Source: Hamiltosporidium tvaerminnensis FI-OER-3-3
Taxonomy: Eukaryota > Fungi > Microsporidia
Direction of reading: 5' to 3'
Assembly (NCBI GenBank): GCA_022605425.2
Contig: CM061251.1
Coordinates: forward strand, 744,001 to 808,000
DNA: 64,000 nucleotides
Part shown: piece after piece, positions 50,705-63,826 of the stretch
How the letters are laid out: every line of letters begins with the position of its first letter
How positions within the stretch are numbered: position 1 is the first letter of the stretch
Translations under genes and position numbers: made by a program
Notes under the pieces: model-generated
Told to the model about the DNA's origin: nothing
The model's database searches: none
Seen by the model: only the letters and a program-made list of their open reading frames with translations

Positions 50705-52421
50705 ATGATTTTATTTATTTTTATTTGTAGAATAATATATGCATCGAAAATTAAATTTAAAGCTATTTAAGGTGATTCACTACCTATAAATAACATGTAT
50801 TTGGAAATTCCGTATGAAATCGGAGAAAATGATGAAGTGAAAGAATGTTTTGACAAGTTAGAACTCGATATTGAAGACCAAAGGAAAGAAAAGGTAATTC
50901 CAATTACAAGTTTCTGCTACAATAAAATAAAAGAATATACAAACGTGAAATTCCATCCATTCATATTATACTTTACAACGTATATTTGCTATTTTGTATA
51001 TCGTGATATGCAATTTGATGTAAAAAAATATAGACCAGAACTTTTGTTTAATTTGATTACTTTTGGAAGATTTGTTGAAGCGTACAAAACAGATGAGGAT
51101 ATTAAATCAATTATTAAGGATATTTCCTTCAAACTGGCAAGATATGACGCACAAAGAGAAAGTGAGAATATCTCTGAGAGGTGTAATCAGATTCATAATG
51201 CATCAGAAGAAAAATGCAACAAAATATGTAGCAATATGAAAAATAGCTTAAATCAAGATAATAAAATAGATATATTTGTGTTGGAGAATACAAAATTTAT
51301 TAAAGGATATTCTTCAGAAGCAAGTAAAAGTAAAATTTCCATTAATCTAGCCAATGCAACGGTAGAAAATTATTTTGGTTTTTTCTTAATTATAAACCAA
51401 AGATTTTTTAAGGGGAAAGAATATAGAGTAGACATTACTCGGAAATCTGCAATCAACAAATCTACAATATCTTTTCTTGAACTTAAAATTATGTTAGAAA
51501 AAACGACTGGTTGTATAAATCTATTTTCTGCAATGATAGATTTTAAATCTTATAAAAAAATCGCGGAAAATATTTCTGAGCCAATTTTCAGAAAAATTTT
51601 GAAAGTAAAAGACGGTTTCGAAAAAATATACGAATTTAGTGGCAAGAAAATTCCATCTACTGTTAGAACGAAGGATTCAAACGTCTCATTAGAATTTATT
51701 GAAAATATTGTGAAAAGAAAAGAGATCAACTTATAAATGCTTTATTCGTTTTCTTGAAAAATATTTCTAAAACAGAATACCATGAATATATATCAGCAGT
51801 ACTTTGTTTGAAGGCCTTTTGTTTTAAAGAAATAGTTACATGCAAACAAACAATGCCCCGAAGCATTGTTGAAATTTTATTTCTTGCAGATGTTTTGAAG
51901 ATAGAATTTGAAAATGAAAATAAAAATGCTTCTGCTATAAATACATATAGCGCCCAATTTATAGGATTCATCAGAAATTATCTTGATGAACAGCGCATAG
52001 AATACGCTAAAAACTTGGTCTTAAATACTTTTAATCATTTTTTGTTACCTCGAACATCCAGCATATTGAAAACTTTTATTTTTGTAAATTTATTTGCTAA
52101 TTCCTCTAGAAAGGCAATTATAACAGAGAATTGAAAGAATATTTAACGAAGAACAAAAATAATGTCGATGAAGAAGTTGTAGTTAATGAGAAAAACATAT
52201 TTCTATATGTTTTTGAACAATAGTTTTCAAAGCTTAGCCCCGAAGAAAGAAAAAAGATTTTTACAATTCCGGTAACCAAAACCCCAACTTCTGATAACAA
52301 GAATTAGTCGAAAGAATTCTGTATTAAAGATATTTTGCTGTTTGTTTTAATCCCAATCGTTTTTATTGGTGGTGTTCTTTTGGGGGTATATTGGTTTATT
52401 TACAAAAAAAAGGTAAAATAA
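50705..52421 (+). pseudogene. Pseudogene of a signal-peptide + C-terminal-TM (host-exposed type) protein
   Basis: MILFIFICRIIYAS is in frame with ORF 50795 across one TAA. Frameshifts near 51700 and 52125; the frame ends ILLFVLIPIVFIGGVLLGVYWFIYKKKVK*. Confidence 0.75.
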
Positions 52422-53614
52422 AGATTTTTTATTTTAATTTTTTCTAATTTATTGCATTATTGCGATTTTAAAATAAAATATTTCGTTATTCACTCTAATA
52501 AATCGTAAATTTATTAGTAAAAAAATATATTTACATAACTTACAATGTATAAGGAATTAAGAAAATCGTTACTTATGTGTTATTTTTACACCAAAAAATA
52601 TATTTCTGAAATTGTTTTAAATATATAATTATTTTTGCTTTCGATATCGGTATGCCTGTGATTTTTAAATTTCCAATAGTATATGTTCAACATTGTTGAT
52701 TGCACTCAAGCATATCAGCAACTTTTATTTAATTAGATATTAAAATATATCAAAATAATTATATTTAAAAAATATTAGAATTTATATTAATACTTAGTTT
52801 CTTCTTTGGAATTTTAGCTAAATATGAAATGTGTTTGCTTGTCAATTATGTTATTATTCTTTAGTGGTATGTCAAAAATTCAACATGATTTAAAACTCAT
52901 ATAACTATAGTTATAATATTAGAATGAATAGAAATATTTAGTATTCTTTTCTTGATAGTTTTTTTAATATAAAAAGTTTGTGGTAATTTGTAAAGTAAAT
53001 CTTTAATAACTACAACTGTGATCCTATCTATGATATTAATACTTTTTAAATATTAACTCTTATGTATAATTTACAAAATATTTTTATTATTTTATACTAT
53101 TTTTGGAAAGAATCAACGTTTATAGATAGTACAAATTTTAGAAGGCATTTGATTTTCATAATTTATCATTCTTTTACTTCTATTTACTATCAAATCTTGT
53201 TTACAATAAAGATTAATTACATTCTTGATAAGGAAAATCTAAAAATTGTACAAAATAATATCTCTATATTTTTTTAGGCATATACTCTTAAACATTTTCA
53301 TGATATATTTTGAAAATGGGTAAATAAATTTAAGTTCTATTTAATGTAATAATTGGTCATCTATACCTTTTTATATTTTTCTAAAATAGAAAAAATATTT
53401 TGAAAGAAAAAATGAAACAATATTATTTACTAATCGATACATAAAATGATATCAATAAAAAATATAAACATATTAAATATTTTTAATCTTCCCCTCTTCG
53501 TTCAATAAAAATGTTTTTCGCCAAAAATAAATGTTTTACATAAAGCATTTTACCATATTAAAGGTGAAATTCTTACGAACCATAAAGATATATATTTTAA
53601 TTTGTAACTGCTAA

Positions 53615-54153
53615 TTTATATGAATTACTAGATATTAAGCTCGAATAACGAACATCCCTTTATATTCATAAGAAAAAAATGCCGAAAATAATCTTAAACT
53701 TCACTAACTGATTTGTAGTTTCCTAACCTTTTCAATAAGAATTTCTTATGCTATACTGGTCTGTTTCTCTTATATTTTAATCTTTTAGTTCAAAATTATT
53801 ATCCGCTTTGAGCAATTTCACAATAAAAATTTAGGCTTTTTTAACTCGCATATTTCTCTTCTTCTTTTATATTTACTTCAAATTTCTCAGAATTTCAGCT
53901 CGGCATTTTATGTTTGTTCTTTTCATCTTCCACCTATTTCAATTCCATTCTGTATTTTATACCAAAGAAATATTTCTTTTACTGTGTTTTATTCGTCTGA
54001 AAGTACCGTTCTTTTAGCTATATGCTATTGGTTAATTTGTTTATTGTATAAATACTTAGTTATTTTTATAAAAAAAATCTTTTAATTTAATCAAGTATAA
54101 AGTTCCACGAAGCTATTCAAGCAAAATTGTTTTGTGCAATTATTATTGAGAAT
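53615..54153 (-). repeat. Family C; right arm of the inverted repeat
   Basis: Reverse complement of 48551-49087. Confidence 0.92.
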
Positions 54154-54228
54154 ATAAATAGAGTACACAGACATATGATATAAATCATCAATCTTATCAT
54201 TCAATTTTTTATGTAACAGTAATTCACA

Positions 54229-54563
54229 GAAAATATATCTTAACCAAGTGATTTAATTGTTTTTAAACAGAATACTTTAAAAAAATAAAAAAATATATTT
54301 ATTGTTTTTCTTCCATATTAATACAGTCTAGAAAAGATTTTTAAAATTTTTATTTCAAAAATTTTTCAACCAATAGAATCTTTTTAATTGTTTTATGTCA
54401 ACTTCTATTCACTATTATTTGTTGTATAAGATTTATGAACAAATAAAAAGAGACATATCTTAATTGGAGCATTCATATTGGTGTATTATATTTTTTCAAC
54501 CCATTAAATATTTCGAGGGGAGTCGTGGTCGTCTTCGGGACATTACTGAATTATATAAATGAT
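54229..54563 (-). repeat. Interspersed repeat family B, long copy
   Basis: Direct repeat of 46061-46398. Confidence 0.9.
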
Positions 54564-54814
54564 ATGTTTAAACATATTTCACCTTTTTTTCTATTATAAA
54601 TACATATCTTATTATTTCTCATTTTTACTTTTTAAATATTTATGTAGCAAATTCATAACTTAAATATTTCTTTAAACTAACTACTATCTAATAACAAAAT
54701 ATTTTTTAATTGATTTTGTATCAATTCTAACTATAATGTTTATATCATCTTATTCTTAATATCAAATTTTTGTTTAACAATTTTTAATATTCTTCACCAA
54801 ACTTTGATAGAAAA

Positions 54815-55495
54815 AAGAAGATTACCACAATAAAAACTATCTGCTTGGTAATGATTGAGTAAAATTGATCTGAAATCATCTTAAATCTATGATAGAAGGA
54901 AATCTCAGTACATACTCGGTTGTATTGTGTAAATTTGTACGAGTAAGAAAATTTCTACAAAATAAAGAAATTTTTTAGATAATTAGTTTGTGGTTTTGTA
55001 TGAAACTAGACTGTAAATCAAATTTAAATTTAGGTAATTGCTATGCAAAAGAATAGGAAGATAGCTCTATTTACTCGGATTATTAGACTTAGCAGATGGA
55101 ATATTGCAAAACATACCGCTTAAAAAGCCTGGAAAGCTAGGTAGGGCTTATAATTTTTGATATGAAATTGAAACCTCTAAGTGAATCCCGTGTGAATCGC
55201 GGAAATATATCTTAGCCAGAAGTTTATTGAATTCGTAAGGTGTTGAATAGTAGGGATTTTTTAGATATCGCAAGAACTCAAGGAAGCCTTCAACATGCGA
55301 TCAAATTCAGTATAACGAATATCAACGAAGATCGGTCAAACACCTAAAATATATTATACATCTCTTTTAGATGAAAAGCTTTGGAATAGAAGTATCGTAG
55401 AAGATACAAATGTGGTGATAGCAAGCCTTTATCTATCCTAAAACCAGAACTGCGTTATAATGAAAAAAATATAATATATGCCACTTTTAAAAAAT
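54815..55495 (-). repeat. Interspersed repeat family A, diverged
   Basis: TACTCGGATTATTAGACTTAGC, AATATATCTTAGCCAGAAGTTTATTG and AGAACTGCGTTA match the reverse complement of family A. Confidence 0.75.
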
Positions 55496-55861
55496 ATTTT
55501 AAATTTGCAAATAAAAAATTTCTATAACCAAAATTTTGGAAAAATTCCCCTTTCTTCCTTATGATTCTTTTCATATTTCTAAATATTATCTTTCAATAAA
55601 GTAAAGGGCAACAATAAACACAACAAAATATTTCAAGAATACTAATCGATACGAAAAGGGATATTTTACGTTTTTATTGACATTTTAACTTTTTTGAATT
55701 AAAATTTTCAATTTAATTTCTTTCCATTTAAATGCAAATTTTACTTTCACAATTTCTTTGTAAATAAAATCTTCAATTTAAATGCAGATTTTACTTACTT
55801 TTTAAACTTTTCTACGGTAAACAAAAATTTAAAATTAAAATTTTTTTACACAAAACCCCAA

Positions 55862-56128
55862 ATGGCAGAAAACATATTCCTAGATGATATTATCTTACAA
55901 ATAGAAAATACAGAAGATTTCAATTTCTACGATGAAATAGATATAAAGCAATTTGAATATGATGATGAAACCAAATTGTTTTCATATCCATGTCCTTGTG
56001 GTGACAAATTCGAAATCTCTATTTATGATCTTTTAAACAATGAAGATGTTGTAAGATGCCCAAGTTGTTCTTTAGTAGTAAAAATAGCATATGAAGAATC
56101 TGATTTGTTGCCATATACAATAGACTAA
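55862..56128 (+). CDS. DPH3: Diphthamide/Elongator CSL zinc-finger protein Dph3/Kti11
   Basis: YDEIDI..F.Y, YPCPCGDKFEI and CPSCSL motifs; CCCC upstream and AATAAA at the stop. Confidence 0.96.
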   Translation: MAENIFLDDIILQIENTEDFNFYDEIDIKQFEYDDETKLFSYPCPCGDKFEISIYDLLNNEDVVRCPSCSLVVKIAYEESDLLPYTID

Positions 56129-56649
56129 TAAATTCTGACTATTATAAAAATAAATATAATCCTTGAATGAAATTCTAGAATTAAAAAATTTTATTTCTAA
56201 ATTATCTTTACTTCTTTAAAATTGGTAGTTAAAAATCTTAACTGATGCAATTAAAAACCTTTTTTCTTTTCTCTCTTTCTTTATGTTTTACTACTGTATT
56301 CCTTCAAAAAATTGAATGAATTGAATTATTTATCAGAAGATTTTGGTTTTCTTAGTAGTATTTTAAGTTTTTATGCAATATTTTTTTTGTATTTTTAAAA
56401 TGATAATTTTCTCTTAAAAAATATAAAACTTGAAATATTTTTTTGATTTATAGCATTTCATTAGTTCAAAGTAATTAAATTATAATTCACTTCTTTTTTG
56501 AATTTACTGTTAATTTATTTTAATAAATTACCTTTGAACATTCCTACACTACATTATTATTCTTTATTCAATTTTTAAAACTATAAGTTTACTTTTGAGG
56601 TTAAGAATCTTTCTTCAAAGAGTATTATCATTTATATTAAATAAATACA

Positions 56650-57345
56650 TTATCTTTTTTAAAAAAAATTATATTATATTGTTTTCATAACATTAACGCG
56701 GTTTTATTTGTTAAACATAATTGCCTTACACATTGCATCAGTACCTTCTACGCTGCTTTCATATGAAAAGTTTTTCTACAAAAAATCTTTTATAACCTAT
56801 TTTACGAACAAAGAAGTTGCCCGGAAGTTTGTTAATTTCCGTGGCATGAGTATGATTGTAGGTCAAATCTCAGTTTGGGCCGAAAAGACCAATATAATTC
56901 CCACTTACTCTACACTTTCTTAACCTAATAAACTTTTAACTAAGATATAACCCGAAGAACTACATAAGGTCCATCTAAGTAATGTAATGCCATACCAACT
57001 AGCATAGCCTGTTACTTGGCATTCCTGGTTTTTTAAATGGTATTTTTTCGTATTTTTCAAGTCTGATTCTTCTAACCGATGTGACAAGGGTTCGTTTCCA
57101 TGCTTTTTTTATGAAAATTACCTTTAAATTAAATCATTGTTTCTAATATAGTTACATAAAAAGTAAAACCTGCATTTTTTTGAGTAATTTTTATCTTTTA
57201 TAGCTTTTCTCTTCTGGATAAAAATTCCCACGGAACAGCAGATAAAGGATAGTTTTTATCACTTTATAAATTCTAATACCCATCTTATAGCCTATTTCAC
57301 CCAATAATTTGCGTTATGATGGTTTTCGCTGTGGTAATCTTATTT
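56650..57345 (+). repeat. Interspersed repeat family A, diverged
   Basis: TTCCCACTTACTCTACACTTTC, AATGCCATACCAAC and TAGTTACATAAAAA. Confidence 0.8.
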
Positions 57346-58327
57346 CCTTAATTGATTATTAAATACAATTAATATAATTTATCGAACATGTAAGTATAGG
57401 TATCAACAATAAAGTGCTAAAAATTTACAAATAAAATAGATCGCGGACAAAAATTTAATTTATCATGGAAAAGTCTTTAATTTTTATGTTAAATTTTAGT
57501 TCAACTATAAAAAAAACCGTTATAAACGTATAGATATGAATTTTATACAGTCGTATTTCTTTGAGAGATTTAATTAAAACAAATGAGCTAGAATTATTAA
57601 TTTTCCATTATTTCTACAAATTTATACATTTTGAGTTATATTTAACAAACTTTTGCGTGTATAAGCATGTTTAAGAGAAAAGTAAACAAAGAAATCTGTC
57701 GCTAACAAGAAATATTAAAACATATACTTCAATTTTTGCTAACTTCTGTGTTTAAACCAATAATATTCATTTAGTTAAATATTTAAAAATTCTAATAAGT
57801 ATAAAAATGTATTGAACATTTCAATATTAAGTAATTTCTAACAAACATTAATTACGCTCATGCATCAAATCAATAAACATCATATTATTCGAATAAAAAA
57901 ATTTAATATCATTGTTAAAATAAAACAATCGAGAATATAAATAAAAGCAAATAATAGTAGGAACTTACTTGAAAAAATTATGATATAGATTGAAACATAA
58001 AAAAAGGCAGCGAAAAATAATATTCCATTTCAATTCCACGTTAAAAAGCCATTGAATAAGAAAATGATTATATAGTAAAAAAAATACAAATTAGTATAAT
58101 CATTTCATATTAGAATATGCGAATACTTTATAAGTTGCTCTAAGTGATAAAAAAATGAATCTAAAATATACAAAAATATTAAGATGTCAATGAATTCAAA
58201 ATATATGTAAAATTCAAAATGGTACAATGAATCACTATTTTATACAATAAAAAATGTTCAAGTAAATATCTCGATAACCATTCAGATTCATTTTTTTAGC
58301 AAAATAAATATAATTTTACCCAAAGAA

Positions 58328-59057
58328 CTTTATTTAAAAGTATCATCTCTTTTTAAAACAGTAAAAAGTTTATATTTGTTTTCATGACATTAACGCAGTT
58401 CTAGGTTTAACATAAATAACTGCTACCCCAAAACTCCATCAGTAACTCCTGCGATACCTACGTCCCAAAGCCTTTCATTTACCAGGTGTGTAGAACCTAA
58501 TTACTAGGCGAGGCAGTTGCCCGGAGTTCGTTAATGTCCGTTGCATGGAGTGTGATCGAAGGCCGAAGCCCCTCCCTGGGCTCCCCCCAAGACTATGCAG
58601 CATTCCCACTTACTCTACACTTTCAGAACCCAATAAACTTCTAGCTAAGATATATTGCAGAGATTTACATGGGGTCCACCTAGACAGTGCAATGTCATAC
58701 CAAAAGGTATAACCTGCTATTTAGCTCTCCCGGCTTTAAATGGTTTTTTGTTTTATATCTCCCGGGCGCTAAGTCTTCTAACCCGAGTGAGCAAAGCTAG
58801 GTTTCCATGCTTTTACATGGCAATTACCTACAGGTTCAGCCATGTCTTCGATCTAGTTACATAAAAAACTACAAATAAATTTTTAGAAAAAGTTTCTCCA
58901 TTTCTTAGTACTCTCCTCCTCATACAAACTCCCACGTAACAACCAAAGATTTAGTGTGGTTTTATTCCCACCAAAAATTCAAACAATGATCTCACACCAG
59001 TTTCACACACTCATCGTCAAACAGAAAGTTTTTTATGCGGTTATCCTCCCTCCACTT
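58328..59057 (+). repeat. Interspersed repeat family A, best-preserved copy (~730 bp)
   Basis: Used as the reference copy; GC-richer than its flanks. Confidence 0.88.
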
Positions 59058-62000
59058 ATAAGGAATTATAATAACTATTTATTTAAAAATCATAAAAACT
59101 TTGTTCTTTAAAAAGTTAAGAAATAATATATTCTTCAAATTTTGCAAGTATTTATAGTTCTAAATCACTATTTTTAGATAAAGATTTGTATTTTAAACAT
59201 TAAATTCTATATTTAAATATTTTTTTTCAATTGAAAAACAATGATTATAAAGTTTTTAAACGAGAATATTCTTTATCTATCCATTTTTTTCCTTTTCTTT
59301 ATCTAGAGATGGAAAGCGATCCACAAATGAATTAGAGCTGTGCATGGTTATAGGCGTTTATAGATATTTTTTTGTTCGGTTAGTTTCTCGGCTCAACTTG
59401 AATTTTCTTTTACGAAAGATAAAGACTGCTCCAACAAAGAACGAATCCTATTCTATTTAACCATTTAAGGTTATTAATTGTAATCGATAAAGATTTATAG
59501 ATTAGCCTGTTATAATTCAAATAAAGACCACCAAAGTAAATTCAGTTGAGAGTTACAACGTGAGAAAACTTAAAAGCAATACAAATTTATTGATTCGTTT
59601 ATATTAGAAAAACATTATATATCTAATATAATTAAAATAGTCAAACAGATTTTATAGAATAAATTGATCGATTTCAAGACATCAATCTAATGTAAAAATA
59701 TTTTAAAGCATATTATACTGTAAAATATTTCTTGTCTTTTTCTAAATTAAGGTAAAAATATTTTCTTTTCAAAATAAAAAATAATTTCTAAAAAATCGTA
59801 TTGAAAAAAATAGTTTAAATAAAAAATTTCGAACTCTAATTTGTGAAATAAATACAATTTAATAAAAAATGCTTAATTAAAGCCTGTGTAATATATAGAA
59901 AACATAGTAAATACTTAACACAACTTAAATATTTTTCTTAAAAAATAGTATTTCTATTTTTGATCGTGAGAGTAACACCATCATACTAAATTATAGAAAT
60001 ATATTTACTTGTTAAAGTAATAATGCAAGTCATAATTTATTTGAAAAGAAAGACAATTGAATATATAAAGAAACTAACGAAATTTAATGATTGCTGAGAA
60101 TATATTCTATAATAATAAAATATTGGTATATTTTTGAATACAAGGTTCTAATCAAATTTACCATATATTATATAAATTTATTTATAAATTTGATAAGAAA
60201 ATATTGAAAATCTAGGAGTCTTATGTAAAAAACATAAAGTTTAAATGATAAAACCAAAAGTTCGATATATAATTGGTAACATTGTAATATTTTTTTATCT
60301 ATAAATATTTAATCTGAATACTTAGAAAATATAAAACAATTAAATGGTTGCAATATAAGTTAAAAACCTTAAAATGATAAACAGTTGTATTAAAAAAATT
60401 ACCGGAATATTTAAAAACAAATCATTTTTTCTTTGATTAAAATTGTTTAAAATCTTTAAGATAATTATTTTATTCAAATATTTGGACTGAATTCTGATTT
60501 AAACTTTATATAGCAGTAATTTAATATATATTTCTATATTTCCGAGAACAAAGAATACGATAAAATCATACATATATAAAACAATATTCAAGAGTTTAGT
60601 TAGAAATAATCCTTTTATACTTCAATTAAACATTTATAAATACAATAATTTTGTATTTTGTACTAAGAATTTTTCTTATAGAATATAGAATATATAAAGG
60701 TGTTTAATGCACTTAGCCATAGGGATTTAATACATAGAGTATTATTTATTGTAAAATATTTATCTTATGCAGAAATAAGTAACACATAACGTAGATATAA
60801 GTAAAAATCTTTGATATTTTTGAAAAAACGATATTTTTAGCAAAAATATTGAATTGAATAAATATATTTTTTAAATAAGGAAACAACTCGTATGAAGATT
60901 AAAAATGGTTGGTTAAATGCAAAAAATGCTGTAAATTGTGATATTTATTTTCTAAAAAATTTATATTTTAGGTATCGAAATATAAACCAAAACACCGTAT
61001 TATATCAGATAAGAACAAAGTATTGAAATATGTCTATCATATATCCATTCTTTTCTCTTACTGTTACTTATAAAATGAATTTTGTAAAATATAAAACATT
61101 TTTGATTCAACTTCAACAATATGCTAAAAAGAAACATAGCTGATATTAAGTGTCAAAAATGTGTGTTGTAAAACATAGGAATAATTTATTTCATAAATAA
61201 TAAATACCACGATAGAAATAATCTAAAGAATAATTAAAAATTCTAGTTTGTATGTGAAAAAAATTATATAAACAAATTCTAAATTTAGAAATAAAGAAAC
61301 AAAGATGTTAAATAATTTATTTCTTGTCATAATGCAACCGAATAATCTTATCTTAATCTCATGAATATAAATTAAAAAAGAAATTTACAGTGTAAAATAA
61401 CCAGAAATTAAAATCGAAAAGCTGCTCATGAGTAGTGTCAAACAAAATAATTTTATATTTTTACTAAGTTTAAAAACAAAAACTATTTTTTTAAGAAATG
61501 AATTATCTTAAATTTTTATTTTTTGAATAAAAACCAATAATGAAAATTTTAAGCAGAATAATCGTTGATTTCTAAAGACATAAATTTTAAATAAGATAAG
61601 AAATTGAAGAATATTAAGACTAAAAACAATCGTAATATTTGTTTTTATGTTTATCAAGTAAAGTTTTAATTGTTAAAACATAGATTTAAAGAGATATATT
61701 TTGCTCATAAGACTTTTATTTCTTTCTTTTGCAATTTAACATGAAGGTACATAAAATATTTTGAAAGAGATAGAATAATTTTTTATTGTTTGATTTATAA
61801 TGTAAATATACCTTCATTTGCTTTAATATTTGTAAATCAGAATTTTATAGGATTTTTATGCCAATGTAAATTTTGTTTTGATCAAGAATATATTTAAATA
61901 TATAGGAACAAATTAAGAAAAATATGGTTAGGAAGTGAAAGATGCAAAAAAACTGAATTATGATTTACAGAAGCAAATATAATGAGCCAAAAATAAAAAT

Positions 62001-62359
62001 AATCTTTGTATAAACTTATATTTATGCGTTGTTTTTGCCTGAGTATAAGACTTCTTAGAAAAGTTTTTAAGGAAGAAATACAAAAAGATTTTACCATTCC
62101 ATTTTGTGTTTGAATCGAATTATTTTCATAAATATTTTTAAAATAAAAATACTATATTTTTGGCGAAGTTTGGTTAATTATAATTGAATAATATGTTTTT
62201 TCGATATATCATCTGAATATGACTGATGAAAGAAAAACTAAAGAAACAAGAAGCCATTGTTGAAAAAAGTTGTTAACGATTAAAAAATATATTTTGATAA
62301 ACTATAATAATATAAAAAAGATGAATCGAAGATTAAAGAATGTAATTAAAGATACTTTA

Positions 62360-62999
62360 TTAACAAACACAAGTAGATGAGAATTCATATGGTTTTTGGG
62401 TTACGAAAGTCGGGGCTACAGGTACTTCAACATTTCCTATCGTGGTAGTGGCCATAGATGTACCTTCTTCGCAAGCTTTTACATCAGAATTGCTCTGGTC
62501 AGCACAATTAATAGCACCCACAGTCATTAATCCGGTTTGTTGTTGACTCCCCTGGGGTTCACAAATACATTCTGTAGCTCCGGAAGATTGTTGTCCTTGC
62601 ATGCCTGAAACCTGTGGGGAACTTCCATATTGTAAGATCATTGGTTGAGTTGACGGTCTTTGGATCACGGTAGGTTTAGGCTGGGGTGGCATTATTACCG
62701 GGGCAGCTGGCAGGGGTTTGCCAACAGCACCACCTCCACCAGCTGAGATTTCGCATTCAATTGCGCCTCCTCCCGTTCCACCTCCAGAACCTCCTCCTGT
62801 TCCACCTCCTCCAGAACCTCCTCCCCCAGAACCACCTCCTCCAGAACCTCCTCCCCCAGAACCACCTCCTCCAGAACCTCCACCTCCAGAACCTCCCCCG
62901 GATCCTCCGCCAGAAAATTCAGGAACTACTGGTATGAATGGAGGAACATATGGTGTTGGTGGATAATATGGCGGCGGATAACTTGGCGGTGGATAACTT

Positions 63000-63038
<39 letters not shown>

Positions 63039-63068
63039 GGTGGCGGTGGCGGTGGTGGCGGCGGTGGT

Positions 63069-63124
<56 letters not shown>

Positions 63125-63826
63125 TGGTGGCGGTGGTGGTGGTGGGGGCGGTGGTGGCGGCGGCGGCGGTGGTGGTGGCGGTGGTGGTGGCGGCGGCGGC
63201 GGTGGTGGCGGCGGCGGCGGTGGTGGTGGCGGTGGTGGTGGCGGCGGCGGCGGTGGTGGCGGCGGCGGGACTTCTTCACATTCTTCTATAGTTGTTATAC
63301 TACATGTTGTAGATGGTGGCGGGGGCGGTGGTGGCGGTGGCGGTGGCGGCGGTGGTGGCGGCGGTGGTGGCGGATAACTAGGTGGCGGATAACTTGGCGG
63401 TGGATAACTTGGCGGTGGTGGTGGCGGCGGTGGCGGCGGCGGTGGTGGCGGTGGTGGCGGTGGTGGCGGCGGATAACTAGGTGGCGGATAACTAGGTGGC
63501 GGTGTATAACTTGGCGGTGGATAACTTGGCGGTGTATATATTAATGGACGGTAGCTTATACCTCCTCCACCTCCTCCTGTTCCCCCACCTGAACCTCCTC
63601 CACCTCCTCCTGAGCCTCCTCCTCCCATACCTCCTCCTCCTGTTCCTGGTGTATAACAATTGCATATTTGATGTGAGCCTGATCCCGAAGAACCATGCCC
63701 TCCCGAGGTATCATTTGTACTCGCTTGACCACTACATGTTACTTTACAATTTTCTGGATTCATGATTATATTTGCGTCTAATAGTGCTAAATATAACAAT
63801 CCTACGGCAGACCATAGAAATTTCAT
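62360..63826 (-). CDS. PTP1: Polar tube protein 1-like Pro/Gly-rich secreted protein, 488 aa
   Basis: Signal peptide starting at MKFLWSAVGLLYLALLDA (Met56 of the track ORF). Cys-containing N- and C-domains ending CVC around a Pro/Gly-repeat core. Same strand as, and upstream of, PTP2. Confidence 0.72.

Noticed and set aside
58350-59057. Family A as a gene using a TAA/TAG=Gln code
   Set aside because: One frame has mostly TAR stops, but the product resembles nothing I recognise, and real genes here end in TAA/TAG.
59100-62300. Long region downstream of PTP1
   Set aside because: Extremely AT-rich, with no supportable ORF, RNA gene or repeat.
62686-63765. Several His/Arg-, Ala/Val- and Pro/Glu-rich ORFs
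   Set aside because: Alternative frames and antisense of the CCN/GGN repeats in PTP1.
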